Shown here: positions 8,944 to 17,752 of the stretch, piece after piece
Position numbering within the stretch: the stretch's first letter is position 1
Layout: every line of letters begins with the position of its first letter
Source of the DNA: a virus
Lineage: Duplodnaviria; Caudoviricetes
Virus record (IMG/VR): IMGVR_UViG_3300022181_000119
Location: 1 to 54,267 of that record
Length of the DNA stretch: 54,267 bases
Direction: 5' to 3' (one strand)
Notes under the pieces: model-generated
Seen by the model: only the letters and a program-made list of their open reading frames with translations
What the model was told of the DNA's origin: nothing
Database searches by the model: none
Program-made: the position numbers and the translations under genes

Positions 8944-8968
8944 AAAACAAAAGGCCCCGTAGGGCCTT
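8944..8968 (-). terminator. Intrinsic terminator after the tail-tip gene
   Basis: AAGGCCC-TACG-GGGCCTT followed by TTGTTTT. Confidence 0.7.
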
Positions 8969-8988
8969 CTGTTGTCGATTCTTTTCTG

Positions 8989-11900
8989 TTATTTCCAGAG
9001 CTGGATCTCGTAGCGGAAAGTACCGGCGAGCGGGTATTTTGTGCCTGAGCTCCACGAGATGATGTCCTTCACGGAAACCAGCCCAATGAGCCCTTCTATT
9101 TCATACTCGGTCGTCGTGTCTCCGTCCCAGCTCAAGTAGAGAGTCCCGTTGTAGTAGCGATAAGCAACATCCCCCGAATATGGGGACGAGAAGACGTGTG
9201 AGACGTGTTCCTTGAAAATATATAGCCCGCCCCAGTGATAAACGTCGAACTCGATCTTCGTGCATCCCGAAACAGTTGCCAGGGCATACCACGTCGCATT
9301 CGATTGCATTCCCTTCGAGCCTAAATTTGTGCTGACCGTTCCCTCTTCAGCATAGAAAGAAACATCGAAGTAATCCTCATCCTGAGATACATCTATCTGT
9401 CGCATATAGTCAGTGCCGGGATCGAAGCTGCTCTTCCAGAACTGTGAACCGAGTTCGTTGAGTATCACGTTGTAGCGATCCGGCGAGATGTGCTTGTTGT
9501 GGTAGATCCTCTGGGTCATGTTGCCGGACGAACCGTCGAAATGAACCGTTCCCTGGTGGATTGAATGCAGAATCTTTGAGATGTCCAGATCCGCTTCGAT
9601 ATCTTTTGTGATCGAACTCGCTTTCGTAATGTACGTCCCGGAGCTAGAATAGTTCGTTGGTTCTATGTGGCCCGGATCGACGTATGTGATACCCGTTGCC
9701 GAATCTGCATTTGTCTGGAACTGGGTTTTCGAGTCTATCTCAACGCTCGGGGTCGGCTCGTCGTTTATGTACACATTCCACTTCTGAAGTTTGGCTTTAA
9801 ATACGGCGGTTGAATATATGACGAACTTGAACTGCATCGCGAAATCCGTTAAATCAGCTCCATAGATCGGGTCTGTCGGGGATATATACCAGGTAAAAGA
9901 AGCTGAGAAATTTAAGTCGTCCGGGTGTTGCCAGCCAGACCAGGCGGGTGATGCGTCGGAATAATTTTCAGTCCAGCGATACCAGACTTCTATTATCGCT
10001 GAAGCCGAGGCATCGCATTGACCCAAAGCAATAATCTTGTTTATCCGGGCTTTGATGAGCCTTCTATACTCGATTCCGTCCGCTGTCATCCGGTAGTTTT
10101 CTTCGTCCGGCCCGGCCTGCACGTACTTTAGCCCTGTGATCTGAAAGCTAGTCAGCTTTCCTCCGTCGATTTCTGTATAGCCTACCCCGACGTTTTCGGC
10201 AAAGAACCGCGCAAACTTGTTGAGAAGCTGTTGCCTCGCCTCGTAATACGCCGCGAATTTCGACCTGAAGGTAGCTGCCACGATCACCGTGTCAACCCCG
10301 AGGTTTGCATTCGAGATCCAGGAAGGAACCGTGTCGATGTTGAAAGTCCCCGAGCCACCGTTCAAGTATTGCCAGAGAAGCGTTGTTTTCGAGACATAGT
10401 TCGTCCAGTTAGTATCTCCCGTAAGCTCGAAATCCGTGACCTGAGCTTGGAGTTTCTTATATTCAAGAACGATCGAATCCCATTCCTGTCTTACTTGGCT
10501 CTTTTCTTTTCCGCCTTTCAGGATCGAATCCGAGATTATCTCTCCGACTTCTTCCAAAGCATCTTCTGCATCCGCTGCCGCTGCTTCTGCCGCCGCCTGC
10601 GCCGCATCTGCCAGCCCTTTCGTGTAGTCCACGAACTTGTTGAGGATTCCCTGGCGACCGTCGTAGTAGTCGGCAAACTTCGACCGGAACGTAGCCGGAA
10701 CTATGTCCGTGTCGTTCCCGAGCTGTGCATCTGAAAGCCAGAGAGGGACAGTGTTAATGTTGAAAGTCCCGCTCCCGCCGTTGAGGTACGTCCATAGTGC
10801 CGCTGTGGCATTGTGATAAGCCGTATAAGCCGCGTCCCCCGTGAGACTGTACGCCGTTGCCTGAGCCTTTATCTTTGTGTATTCTTTCGCTATCGAGTCC
10901 CATTCCTTTCGGAGGTTCGATTTCTCTTTCCCACCCTTGAGGATGGAGTCGGAAATAATCTCGTTTACTTCCTCCAGGGCCGCTGCCGCGTCTTCTTCTG
11001 CCGCCTGTGCTGCGTCGAGAGCGTCCTGTGCCTTCGTGTCGATCGCTCCTATCTGGGTGTCGGCAGGAGATCCCACCCTGATGTAATCGGCATAGATCGT
11101 CCCTGTCTGTATCTGCGAGCCGTGAATGATCGTCCAGCCGTAACTTGTGGCGAGGAAAGATGCGGTCGTTGCGTTTCCGACTTCCAGAAAGCCGATGTGG
11201 TAGTAGTAATACGTCGCGTCCTCCGCTTCTTTCATGTCGCTTGAGAGGATGATTGCGTTGTCTGCTGAGTCGAGAACCCCTTTTCTGAGCCTGACATACA
11301 CGAGATAGGTCGTATCATCCGTGAGATCCGAAACTGTGTTCTGGGTGAGAATCCAGACATCTTCTTCTCCGTAGAACACCAGAGCCCCGCCTGTTGCGTG
11401 GAATGTATCGTAATCTCCCCCGTAGTTCGCATCAAAAGAGACTCCCCAGAGCTGGAAGTTCCTATTTCCCGACCCTATGGCGATCGCTTCGGCTTCGATC
11501 GTTCCGGCTTTTATGTTCCCTCCGTTGATCTCGACATCGCTTCCAAAGAAGTTGTTGTTCTTGAGAAGTTGAAGAGCCCTCACAGCGTCGTTGTGCCGTT
11601 TCTGGTTGATCGTGAGGACACGCTCTTTTTTCTTGATCGTGTTCCCCTCTTCGATAATGTCAAGGATAATGTCCTCGATCTGCTGAACCTTGTTCGATAC
11701 TTCGATCTTGACTTTCCACGGCCTGACAACATCGATCTCTTTCGTGATGACCCTGAGCGAGTCGTCTATTCCCAGATCGGTGTCTGTGACTGTTATCATG
11801 TCTCCGACCTCGAAGTAATCAGTGGAATAGGAAATTTTGTCGCGTTCCCATAATTGAGCGAAATCGACCTCGTAGGACACTTGAGGTTCGGCAGCGGTAT

Positions 11901-13428
11901 CGAGGTAGTCCTGAGCTTTCGCAAGCAACGTAGCGGCAGCCTCGTTGATCTCTTGGTACGTCAGTTCAATGTCCGTGATCTTGTAGAAAGCTCCTACCGA
12001 AGGAGTAAAATCAAAATTCTCGTCGGAGTCGATTTTGTAATAGATTCTCTTGGTTGAGCCGTCGTAGTAAAGGATTTTCGCTTCTCCGACGTTTGGGCCG
12101 TCTGCTACATGGAGAGTGCCGCCATCAAGAGCGCCAGTCGCTTCTGTTCTAGCTGAATCCACGATGTAGGGGTATTCCCCGTCGTAGCCTTCGATCGCTC
12201 CTGTGCCTGTTCCTGTAACCGTTCCATGCTTGGCCTGAACCTTGACATCGAAGTCCATTCTCCGTTCGATGATCCCGTAAGTCTCGGTGTTGTTGTCAAT
12301 GAAGAGATCCCCCGAATGGTCGTAACCACCTGCGATGTTCGGAACGAGAGTCGTGATCCGGAGGTTCTGGTACACGTACCATGCAGGAAGGTTCTCCGAA
12401 GAGCCGACGGGCCTTAACCTAGTGACCAATCCCCGAGTGTCGATCCTCTTCTTGATTCCCTTGAGGTTCTTCGAGTATTCGATCATTGCCCCGGTAGTGT
12501 CTCCGAGACTGCCCTTTTCTCCGAGGTAACAGGTAAGACCATCAGCGGAGAATTTGTACTCTATCCCCCACTTCTCGCATATCGCCTGAAGAGCGTTGAG
12601 CCTCGTCTGGGAGCTGAAAGAGATCTCCTGAACCTCTGAGAGAGTACCCAGGTCGAGGTTCGTCGTGTCCTTCGAGACTCCTGAGCCAGTGAAGAGATAG
12701 CCCAGAAGTGTAGAGAGATCTATCCCGAAATACTCGAAGACTTCTTCCTCAGTCGAGTTATCTAGGAACATCCTGTTTCCGAATCCATAGAAAGCGTGTT
12801 CGGCTGTAATCGTTATGAACTGCGAGTTATCCCGTCTTTCGGGTTCGGGAATCTGAACGATGTAATACTCAACTGTAACTCCGTCATCCACCCTGATAAC
12901 ATCGAGGTTCTGTATGTCCTGATTCTCAAGAGTGAGTTCTAGTTCCTTCCTGCCCATGAACGTTTCCCGGATATGCCCCGAGATAGGCTTGAGAGTCGAT
13001 TGATATGTTACCCCTCGATAATGTTTGAGAGTCCTTGCGACAGGTGAAGAGTCTGCAGTCCCTATCTCCCTGAGAGAGATCTCACATTCCGCTATCAACG
13101 TGCCAAACTCCGGCCCAATCTTCTTCCATGAAACCCCACCATCGAGGTAGCATGAAATTGAGCCGCCTTCGTATTCGAACGAAACGATTCCAGCCGATAG
13201 CGTAGTTTGAAGAGTCCCGAGCTTCGAGATGAGATCTGCCGAGTCCGTACCCTTGACGATTCCCTTGAGTTTTATTTGCCGCGGCAAGAGGTACGAAGAG
13301 AGAACCTGTTCTTGCAAGGTAGATTCATCTTCTCTTCGAGTCTCGGTATCGAGTTGATAACTGAGGTCGTCAGCACCCTCGACAATGGTCGTGATAAAGC
13401 CTAAAGTCTTGAGATCACTCAAAGTCAT
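8989..13428 (-). CDS. Large tail-tip protein: Dit-like N-terminus, Tal/baseplate hub and central fibre
   Basis: IEYSKNLKGIKKRIDT..LVTRLRPVG and P.VSYEVDF...VGD.ITV.D.DLGID tail-spike motifs; IHGSQIQTGTI beta repeats; ATGA overlap with the upstream gene. Confidence 0.8.
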   Translation of the reverse strand: MTLSDLKTLGFITTIVEGADDLSYQLDTETRREDESTLQEQVLSSYLLPRQIKLKGIVKGTDSADLISKLGTLQTTLSAGIVSFEYEGGSISCYLDGGVSWKKIGPEFGTLIAECEISLREIGTADSSPVARTLKHYRGVTYQSTLKPISGHIRETFMGRKELELTLENQDIQNLDVIRVDDGVTVEYYIVQIPEPERRDNSQFITITAEHAFYGFGNRMFLDNSTEEEVFEYFGIDLSTLLGYLFTGSGVSKDTTNLDLGTLSEVQEISFSSQTRLNALQAICEKWGIEYKFSADGLTCYLGEKGSLGDTTGAMIEYSKNLKGIKKRIDTRGLVTRLRPVGSSENLPAWYVYQNLRITTLVPNIAGGYDHSGDLFIDNNTETYGIIERRMDFDVKVQAKHGTVTGTGTGAIEGYDGEYPYIVDSARTEATGALDGGTLHVADGPNVGEAKILYYDGSTKRIYYKIDSDENFDFTPSVGAFYKITDIELTYQEINEAAATLLAKAQDYLDTAAEPQVSYEVDFAQLWERDKISYSTDYFEVGDMITVTDTDLGIDDSLRVITKEIDVVRPWKVKIEVSNKVQQIEDIILDIIEEGNTIKKKERVLTINQKRHNDAVRALQLLKNNNFFGSDVEINGGNIKAGTIEAEAIAIGSGNRNFQLWGVSFDANYGGDYDTFHATGGALVFYGEEDVWILTQNTVSDLTDDTTYLVYVRLRKGVLDSADNAIILSSDMKEAEDATYYYYHIGFLEVGNATTASFLATSYGWTIIHGSQIQTGTIYADYIRVGSPADTQIGAIDTKAQDALDAAQAAEEDAAAALEEVNEIISDSILKGGKEKSNLRKEWDSIAKEYTKIKAQATAYSLTGDAAYTAYHNATAALWTYLNGGSGTFNINTVPLWLSDAQLGNDTDIVPATFRSKFADYYDGRQGILNKFVDYTKGLADAAQAAAEAAAADAEDALEEVGEIISDSILKGGKEKSQVRQEWDSIVLEYKKLQAQVTDFELTGDTNWTNYVSKTTLLWQYLNGGSGTFNIDTVPSWISNANLGVDTVIVAATFRSKFAAYYEARQQLLNKFARFFAENVGVGYTEIDGGKLTSFQITGLKYVQAGPDEENYRMTADGIEYRRLIKARINKIIALGQCDASASAIIEVWYRWTENYSDASPAWSGWQHPDDLNFSASFTWYISPTDPIYGADLTDFAMQFKFVIYSTAVFKAKLQKWNVYINDEPTPSVEIDSKTQFQTNADSATGITYVDPGHIEPTNYSSSGTYITKASSITKDIEADLDISKILHSIHQGTVHFDGSSGNMTQRIYHNKHISPDRYNVILNELGSQFWKSSFDPGTDYMRQIDVSQDEDYFDVSFYAEEGTVSTNLGSKGMQSNATWYALATVSGCTKIEFDVYHWGGLYIFKEHVSHVFSSPYSGDVAYRYYNGTLYLSWDGDTTTEYEIEGLIGLVSVKDIISWSSGTKYPLAGTFRYEIQLWK
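10205..11040 (-). repeat. Tandem duplication of a 140-aa helical domain within the tail-tip protein
   Basis: EIISDSILKGGKEKS...YLNGGSGTFNI...ATFRSKFA.YY occurs twice, 420 nt apart. Confidence 0.9.
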
Positions 13429-13796
13429 GTCGAACACCTGCCAACGAACTTAATCTCAGCATCCGCACTCAGACATGAAGAAACAGGCTCGTGAGGATTG
13501 ATTTTAAGCGATTCTACGAACACGTTCCATGTTCTAGCATCGTCCGAGAAAGAAAGTGCCTTCTCCGTCGATTCTGAGAGGGCAGTCCTCAAGGCCGCCA
13601 CTGATGAGCGATACGCACTGTGGTTTGCCGCGATTATCGAGGCTTTCACGGTTATTCTATTCAGTTTGTCGAGTTTGCTTGTCTCGAGGGGATCGGCCCC
13701 GGGGATCTCTTCAATTTCTCGTTCCTGTTCGAGGCCGCGACCGGATATGCTAATCCCTTTCAAGTATTGAGTGAGATCAATTGAATTGAAGGTCAT
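13425..13796 (-). CDS. Small Dit-like (distal tail) protein
   Basis: MTFNSIDL...EIPGAD...RITVKASI...LSFSDDARTW pattern of siphophage Dit N-domains. Confidence 0.65.
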   Translation of the reverse strand: MTFNSIDLTQYLKGISISGRGLEQEREIEEIPGADPLETSKLDKLNRITVKASIIAANHSAYRSSVAALRTALSESTEKALSFSDDARTWNVFVESLKINPHEPVSSCLSADAEIKFVGRCST

Positions 13797-14854
13797 TGAT
13801 TACCTCCCAACATCTCGCAAATGCTTTCTTTCAAAGCGTCGCTTGAACAGTGCTTCAACATTCCCATGTATGATTGGAAAGAACTATCGAACTCTTGAAA
13901 CGTGATTGTGCCGCTCACAAACTTATCCCTAAGAGACTTTAACCGTCTCCTGAGCCTCTTAGCCGAGCTTTTCCTAAGTCTGACAACGTTTGGCCAGAGC
14001 CTGTAACCCACCCAATCAATACCGTTTGTGACTGGCCTTATTTGGGTCTTTGAGTTACTTCTAAGAGCCAGACGCAACTCCACAAACTCTTCCATCGCCC
14101 ATCTCCATTCATGGAGCTGTCTTTTGCTCGACGAGAGGCAGATTACATCATCCATATACCTGGTATAGTGCGGGATCTGAAGCTCTCTCTTTGCAAACTG
14201 GTCGAGTTCGTTGAGATAGACGTTTGCGCTCATTTGAGAAACTAAATTTCCGACTGCCATCCCGACACCGCATATTCGATTGTCGTAATCTATACTTCCA
14301 TCGATGAGGCCGAGATTACCGTCGTTGGCTGTGATAATCTCTTCAAGAAGCCATAGAAGGTCTTTATCCGGGAAGTGCTTCTCGTAAATAGACAGAAGGA
14401 TTCTATGGTTAACCCGATAGAAGTATTTATGAATATCCAGTTTCAGGTAATACCATCTCTTTGGGTCAGGAATACTCCCGAGCCATTCCCGTAAGCAGCC
14501 GAGAGCTTGATGCGCACCTTTTCCTTTTCTGCAAGCATAGCTGTCGGAGATATATTTCCTCTCAAGCATCGGAGAAAGATTCTGATAAATAGACCACTGG
14601 ACGACCCTATCTCTGAATGGCAGGGCCATAATCAATCTCCTTTTAGGTTCGTTTACAAAGAACTCTCTATAAGGAGATTGTTTATATGTCTTCCAGACAA
14701 GCTCATTTTGAATAAGAATAAGGTTTTCTTCTAGCCTGTCGGAGAACTTAAGCACCTCATTTCTGTATCTCTTGAGTTTTCTCGCGTTTCTATACGCCGT
14801 TAGCAACGATTCGAAGTCATATATCAGGGGATATATATTGCTGTATCGTTTCAT
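13793..14854 (-). CDS. DGR reverse transcriptase
   Basis: PFRDRVVQ, YACRKGKG, KLDIHKYF, GMAVGNLVSQ (DGR-type SQ), YTRYMDD, WVGY. Confidence 0.95.
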   Translation of the reverse strand: MKRYSNIYPLIYDFESLLTAYRNARKLKRYRNEVLKFSDRLEENLILIQNELVWKTYKQSPYREFFVNEPKRRLIMALPFRDRVVQWSIYQNLSPMLERKYISDSYACRKGKGAHQALGCLREWLGSIPDPKRWYYLKLDIHKYFYRVNHRILLSIYEKHFPDKDLLWLLEEIITANDGNLGLIDGSIDYDNRICGVGMAVGNLVSQMSANVYLNELDQFAKRELQIPHYTRYMDDVICLSSSKRQLHEWRWAMEEFVELRLALRSNSKTQIRPVTNGIDWVGYRLWPNVVRLRKSSAKRLRRRLKSLRDKFVSGTITFQEFDSSFQSYMGMLKHCSSDALKESICEMLGGNQ

Positions 14855-14872
14855 CTTTTTACCTCAAGATAA

Positions 14873-14903
14873 CCGCGGCGCATGGTTTTGCCATAGGCCG
14901 CGG
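14873..14903 (-). other. GC-rich hairpin in the TR-RT spacer (DGR RNA structure)
   Basis: CCGCGGC...ATGG-TTTTG-CCAT...GCCGCGG inverted repeat. Confidence 0.55.
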
Positions 14904-15009
14904 AGCAATCCGATTTTTCGCCGTCTGGCGTGGGAGAGACCCCCTTGTTCCTCTAAGCGCTGGAAAGAGATCCGTGAATCTCCAACTTCTGTCTTTTCGG
15001 GATTGGACG

Positions 15010-15125
15010 AGCGAGCGAAAACCCTAGATTCGTATTCACATTCGTGCGGTCGTTGTTGAGATTCAAGTTCGGCAGACCAGCATTAGACGTGCCGCTGTAG
15101 TAACCGCCCCGATAGGGCAAACGCT
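15010..15125 (-). repeat. DGR template repeat (TR)
   Basis: 116-bp ungapped match to 15543-15658; contains 8 AAY triplets in the target reading frame. Confidence 0.95.
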
Positions 15126-15146
15126 AAATGGGCCTCTCCCATATCT

Positions 15147-15479
15147 TTAGAGCTTAGATGATCTTATCCATCCTCCAAGCATCTTCCCTACTTCAGCAAG
15201 ATGTCTGGAGACGACTTCATATTTCTTTGTTGGCATAAACTTCAGATCGACGCTCAACCTGACCTGAGTTCTGAGAAGTTCTAGGCTAGCGTCGAGTTGC
15301 CTCAAATGTTCGAGCTTCTGTTTCTCCTTGTTTGTTTTTGTAATGAGCTTAAGGATCTCGAAGCAGGTCTTCTTGATTTCCGCCGCGAGAGTATGTTTCT
15401 CTGATTTCGGGAATTGTGCGAGTATGGGGTATATATACAGGATCAGATCATACATCTTTTGTAATATCTTGAGTTCTAT
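15147..15479 (-). CDS. avd: DGR accessory variability determinant (four-helix bundle); probable ATA start at 15479, first ATG at 15455
   Basis: ELKILQKMYDL, QFPKSEKHTLA, LAEVGKMLGGW. Confidence 0.9.
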   Translation of the reverse strand: MELKILQKMYDLILYIYPILAQFPKSEKHTLAAEIKKTCFEILKLITKTNKEKQKLEHLRQLDASLELLRTQVRLSVDLKFMPTKKYEVVSRHLAEVGKMLGGWIRSSKL

Positions 15480-15530
15480 GTTGCTCCTCCCCCTTTGGTT
15501 TTTTGCAGATTACAGAGTGCAAAGCACAGA

Positions 15531-16706
15531 TTACTGTTGCCAAGCGAGCGAAAACCCTAGATTCGTATTCACATTCGTGCGGTCGATGTGGAGAATCAAG
15601 AACGGCAGACCAGCAGAAGACGTGCCGATGTAGAAACCGCCCCGAGAGGGCAAACGCTCGCCGAGATTTCGCATATAGCCCGTTCCATGCGGATAGTTCG
15701 CGCTTTGCGGGAATAGACCGAGCTGCTTCAAAATGGCGGGTATGGTTGTTTCGCCTTTCGCAGCTATGCTTTTGAAGACAGTGGTCGCGTAAGTCGTTCC
15801 ATCCGAGACGTTATCGACAGTAGTGCCGATGACGATATTTCCGCTTCCATCTACGTTGGTTGCGTCCATCTTCAATGTTCCTTCTGTCTCGGGCGCTACC
15901 AGAGAACCGTCTTGGAGAATTGCCTTCCATTGGTCGCTAGAAACGGAATGATCTTTTGTCCCATCGGCAGCGTTGTTGTTCTCAAATATCTGGATCTCTC
16001 CGCCGTTCAATCGTAATCCCGCAACCCACTTGTTGACATTCCCATTCAGGTCGAAAACTCCGAACGGAGTTCCGTCATGCGACCATGCCACCGGCCCCGT
16101 ACCCGTGGCCGTTCTATAAATAGTTCCGCCGCTCATATATGTTGCCTCGGCAGTTTCGCCCGTTTTTACATAGTCCTTCCCGTAGCTGTTGTTTCCACGA
16201 GTGAAGAACTGGTTTTTATGAGCGAGAAGGAGAATTAACGCCCACTCGGCGTTGGTCATCAAGTGCCAGCCAGTCCCTTTTTGAGTACAAGCCAGTCTTG
16301 AGTTGTCGAAATTGATATTGTTTGCCGGATCTCTCCTTCGTAAGGAGACGGCGCGCGCGGACTCGCCGGAACCGTTTACGATCGGGAGATATTTTCCTAT
16401 CCAGAACTCATTCTTCACAGCCCCGTTCTTTATGAATGACTGATGCGGGGAATCGGCCCACGAAGAATCGATTTCTTTCAGCTTCGTAAACGGAAAGCGG
16501 ACCATGATCGATGGAAAGTTTGAGTTGTCGAACATCACCGCGTTCCTGCCGAACGAAGCGTCTCTAATTCTTCTATCCATGTCGTTTCTTATCGTCGCGT
16601 CGGTGACCGCTCCATTCGCCACATAGTAATCGGTTATCCAGTCTTCGATCTCCCTGCTGGTTTCAAGGAGTTCGCCTTGAACATATTTGCCGGAGATGTA
16701 CTTCAT
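15531..16706 (-). CDS. DGR target, C-type-lectin (FGE-sulfatase-like) fold; probable receptor-binding protein
   Basis: FWIGKY, GWHLMTNAEW, GVFDLNGNV, RLPSRGG and a C-terminal VR. Confidence 0.9.
   Translation of the reverse strand: MKYISGKYVQGELLETSREIEDWITDYYVANGAVTDATIRNDMDRRIRDASFGRNAVMFDNSNFPSIMVRFPFTKLKEIDSSWADSPHQSFIKNGAVKNEFWIGKYLPIVNGSGESARAVSLRRRDPANNINFDNSRLACTQKGTGWHLMTNAEWALILLLAHKNQFFTRGNNSYGKDYVKTGETAEATYMSGGTIYRTATGTGPVAWSHDGTPFGVFDLNGNVNKWVAGLRLNGGEIQIFENNNAADGTKDHSVSSDQWKAILQDGSLVAPETEGTLKMDATNVDGSGNIVIGTTVDNVSDGTTYATTVFKSIAAKGETTIPAILKQLGLFPQSANYPHGTGYMRNLGERLPSRGGFYIGTSSAGLPFLILHIDRTNVNTNLGFSLAWQQ
15543..15658 (-). repeat. DGR variable repeat (VR) at the 3' end of the target gene
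   Basis: 10 mismatches to TR; 9 at TR adenines (6 A>T, 3 A>C), 1 G>T. Confidence 0.95.
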
Positions 16707-16969
16707 ATCTTCTCACCTGCCTCTTCTATCGGTTCTTTTGGTTCTTCTGGTTCGGGCTGCGGGAATATTTCCTTATAGTTTTCTCTGAGGTCTTTCTCAA
16801 AAACAGGAGCGTATTTAAGGGCTTGCTCTTCATCCCCACCCACTGATGTTTCGGCGAGAAGCCCTATTCCTTCGTCCGAAAAGTCGATTTGGATACTCGC
16901 TTTTCTTTTCAACTGTTCAAGAGCATCCCCAGACTTGCTTGCTTCTTGTGCGGTTATTGTCTTTTTCAT
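16703..16969 (-). CDS. Hypothetical tail-associated protein
   Basis: 88-aa ORF with ATGA overlaps on both sides. Confidence 0.65.
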   Translation of the reverse strand: MKKTITAQEASKSGDALEQLKRKASIQIDFSDEGIGLLAETSVGGDEEQALKYAPVFEKDLRENYKEIFPQPEPEEPKEPIEEAGEKI

Positions 16970-17739
16970 ACTTCATACACCTCCACTTGAACGGTGTTCG
17001 TTTCTGGAATAGCGTAGATTGGGGTCGCAACCTTTGGATTAAATTCGAGAACGACCACGGACTGGGGTTCCAGAACAAACCCCTTCGTGTCTGAAACTGA
17101 AGATTCCCCGAACCTGATCCTGTATGATTCGGAATACTTGCTGAGGTTCCGGATCATCATCGCTACTCTGTTCGCCTTCCTTGAAACTCCCGCAAAGATC
17201 TCTGCGGCAACGCCCGGAGCAAGGGTCTTTACCCCCGTGACAGGCGCGCTGGATGGAAGAGTCTCATCCCCGGAGACAACGACTTCTCCTATCTCGTTGG
17301 TTCCAGCAGGAAGAGGATCTGTGATCTTCTTGATCCCGTCTGTGGACTTGATCGATTCAATCACGGTCTTCAGAGCGTCGAGCGTGGTCTCTTCTGCAAA
17401 GTCCAGACCCGAAATCGTTTCCAGCAACGCGCGTGCGGCTTCCAGTTTCGCTTCTGTCGCGAGAGTCGCGAGCGTTGTCTGCGTCGCGAAGTCTTTTGCT
17501 TTCAGGGCCTTGAGCAAGCCGATCATTGTGTTCAGGGAATCCGCATCCGCGGTAGTCCCGAGAACCTCAAGGAATGTCTTTAAGGTGGCGAGGTCGGCAA
17601 TCTTCCCCTCCTCTGCCATCATTTTTGCCGCGCCGTCTGCTCCTTCTAGGTACTTGTACGCATCGGCAACTGGATCGAAGTATTGCGGCGCGGGTTTGCC
17701 CTGAGCATCGCCTCTAATGCGTTTCGTGCTTCCACTCAT
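16966..17739 (-). CDS. Putative fibre/adaptor structural protein
   Basis: N-terminal GKPAPQYFDP..YLEG, DFATQTTL/DFAEETTL repeats, C-terminal beta domain; in the tail operon. Confidence 0.6.
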   Translation of the reverse strand: MSGSTKRIRGDAQGKPAPQYFDPVADAYKYLEGADGAAKMMAEEGKIADLATLKTFLEVLGTTADADSLNTMIGLLKALKAKDFATQTTLATLATEAKLEAARALLETISGLDFAEETTLDALKTVIESIKSTDGIKKITDPLPAGTNEIGEVVVSGDETLPSSAPVTGVKTLAPGVAAEIFAGVSRKANRVAMMIRNLSKYSESYRIRFGESSVSDTKGFVLEPQSVVVLEFNPKVATPIYAIPETNTVQVEVYEV

Positions 17740-17752
17740 TTTTCATCCCTCC

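Larger units (their letters stand above)
13793..16706 (-). mobile_element. Diversity-generating retroelement (target-avd-TR-RT)
   Basis: DGR-type RT, Avd, 116-bp TR/VR pair differing almost only at TR adenines; same order as BPP-1 mtd-avd-TR-brt. Confidence 0.97.

Noticed and set aside
8989-13428. Second DGR target in the large tail-tip protein or elsewhere
   Set aside because: No second copy of the TR sequence noticed by eye; a relaxed blastn of TR against the window would settle it
13793-14854. RT as a group II intron, retron or Abi RT
   Set aside because: No maturase or endonuclease domain; SQ motif, Avd and an adenine-specific TR/VR pair identify a DGR
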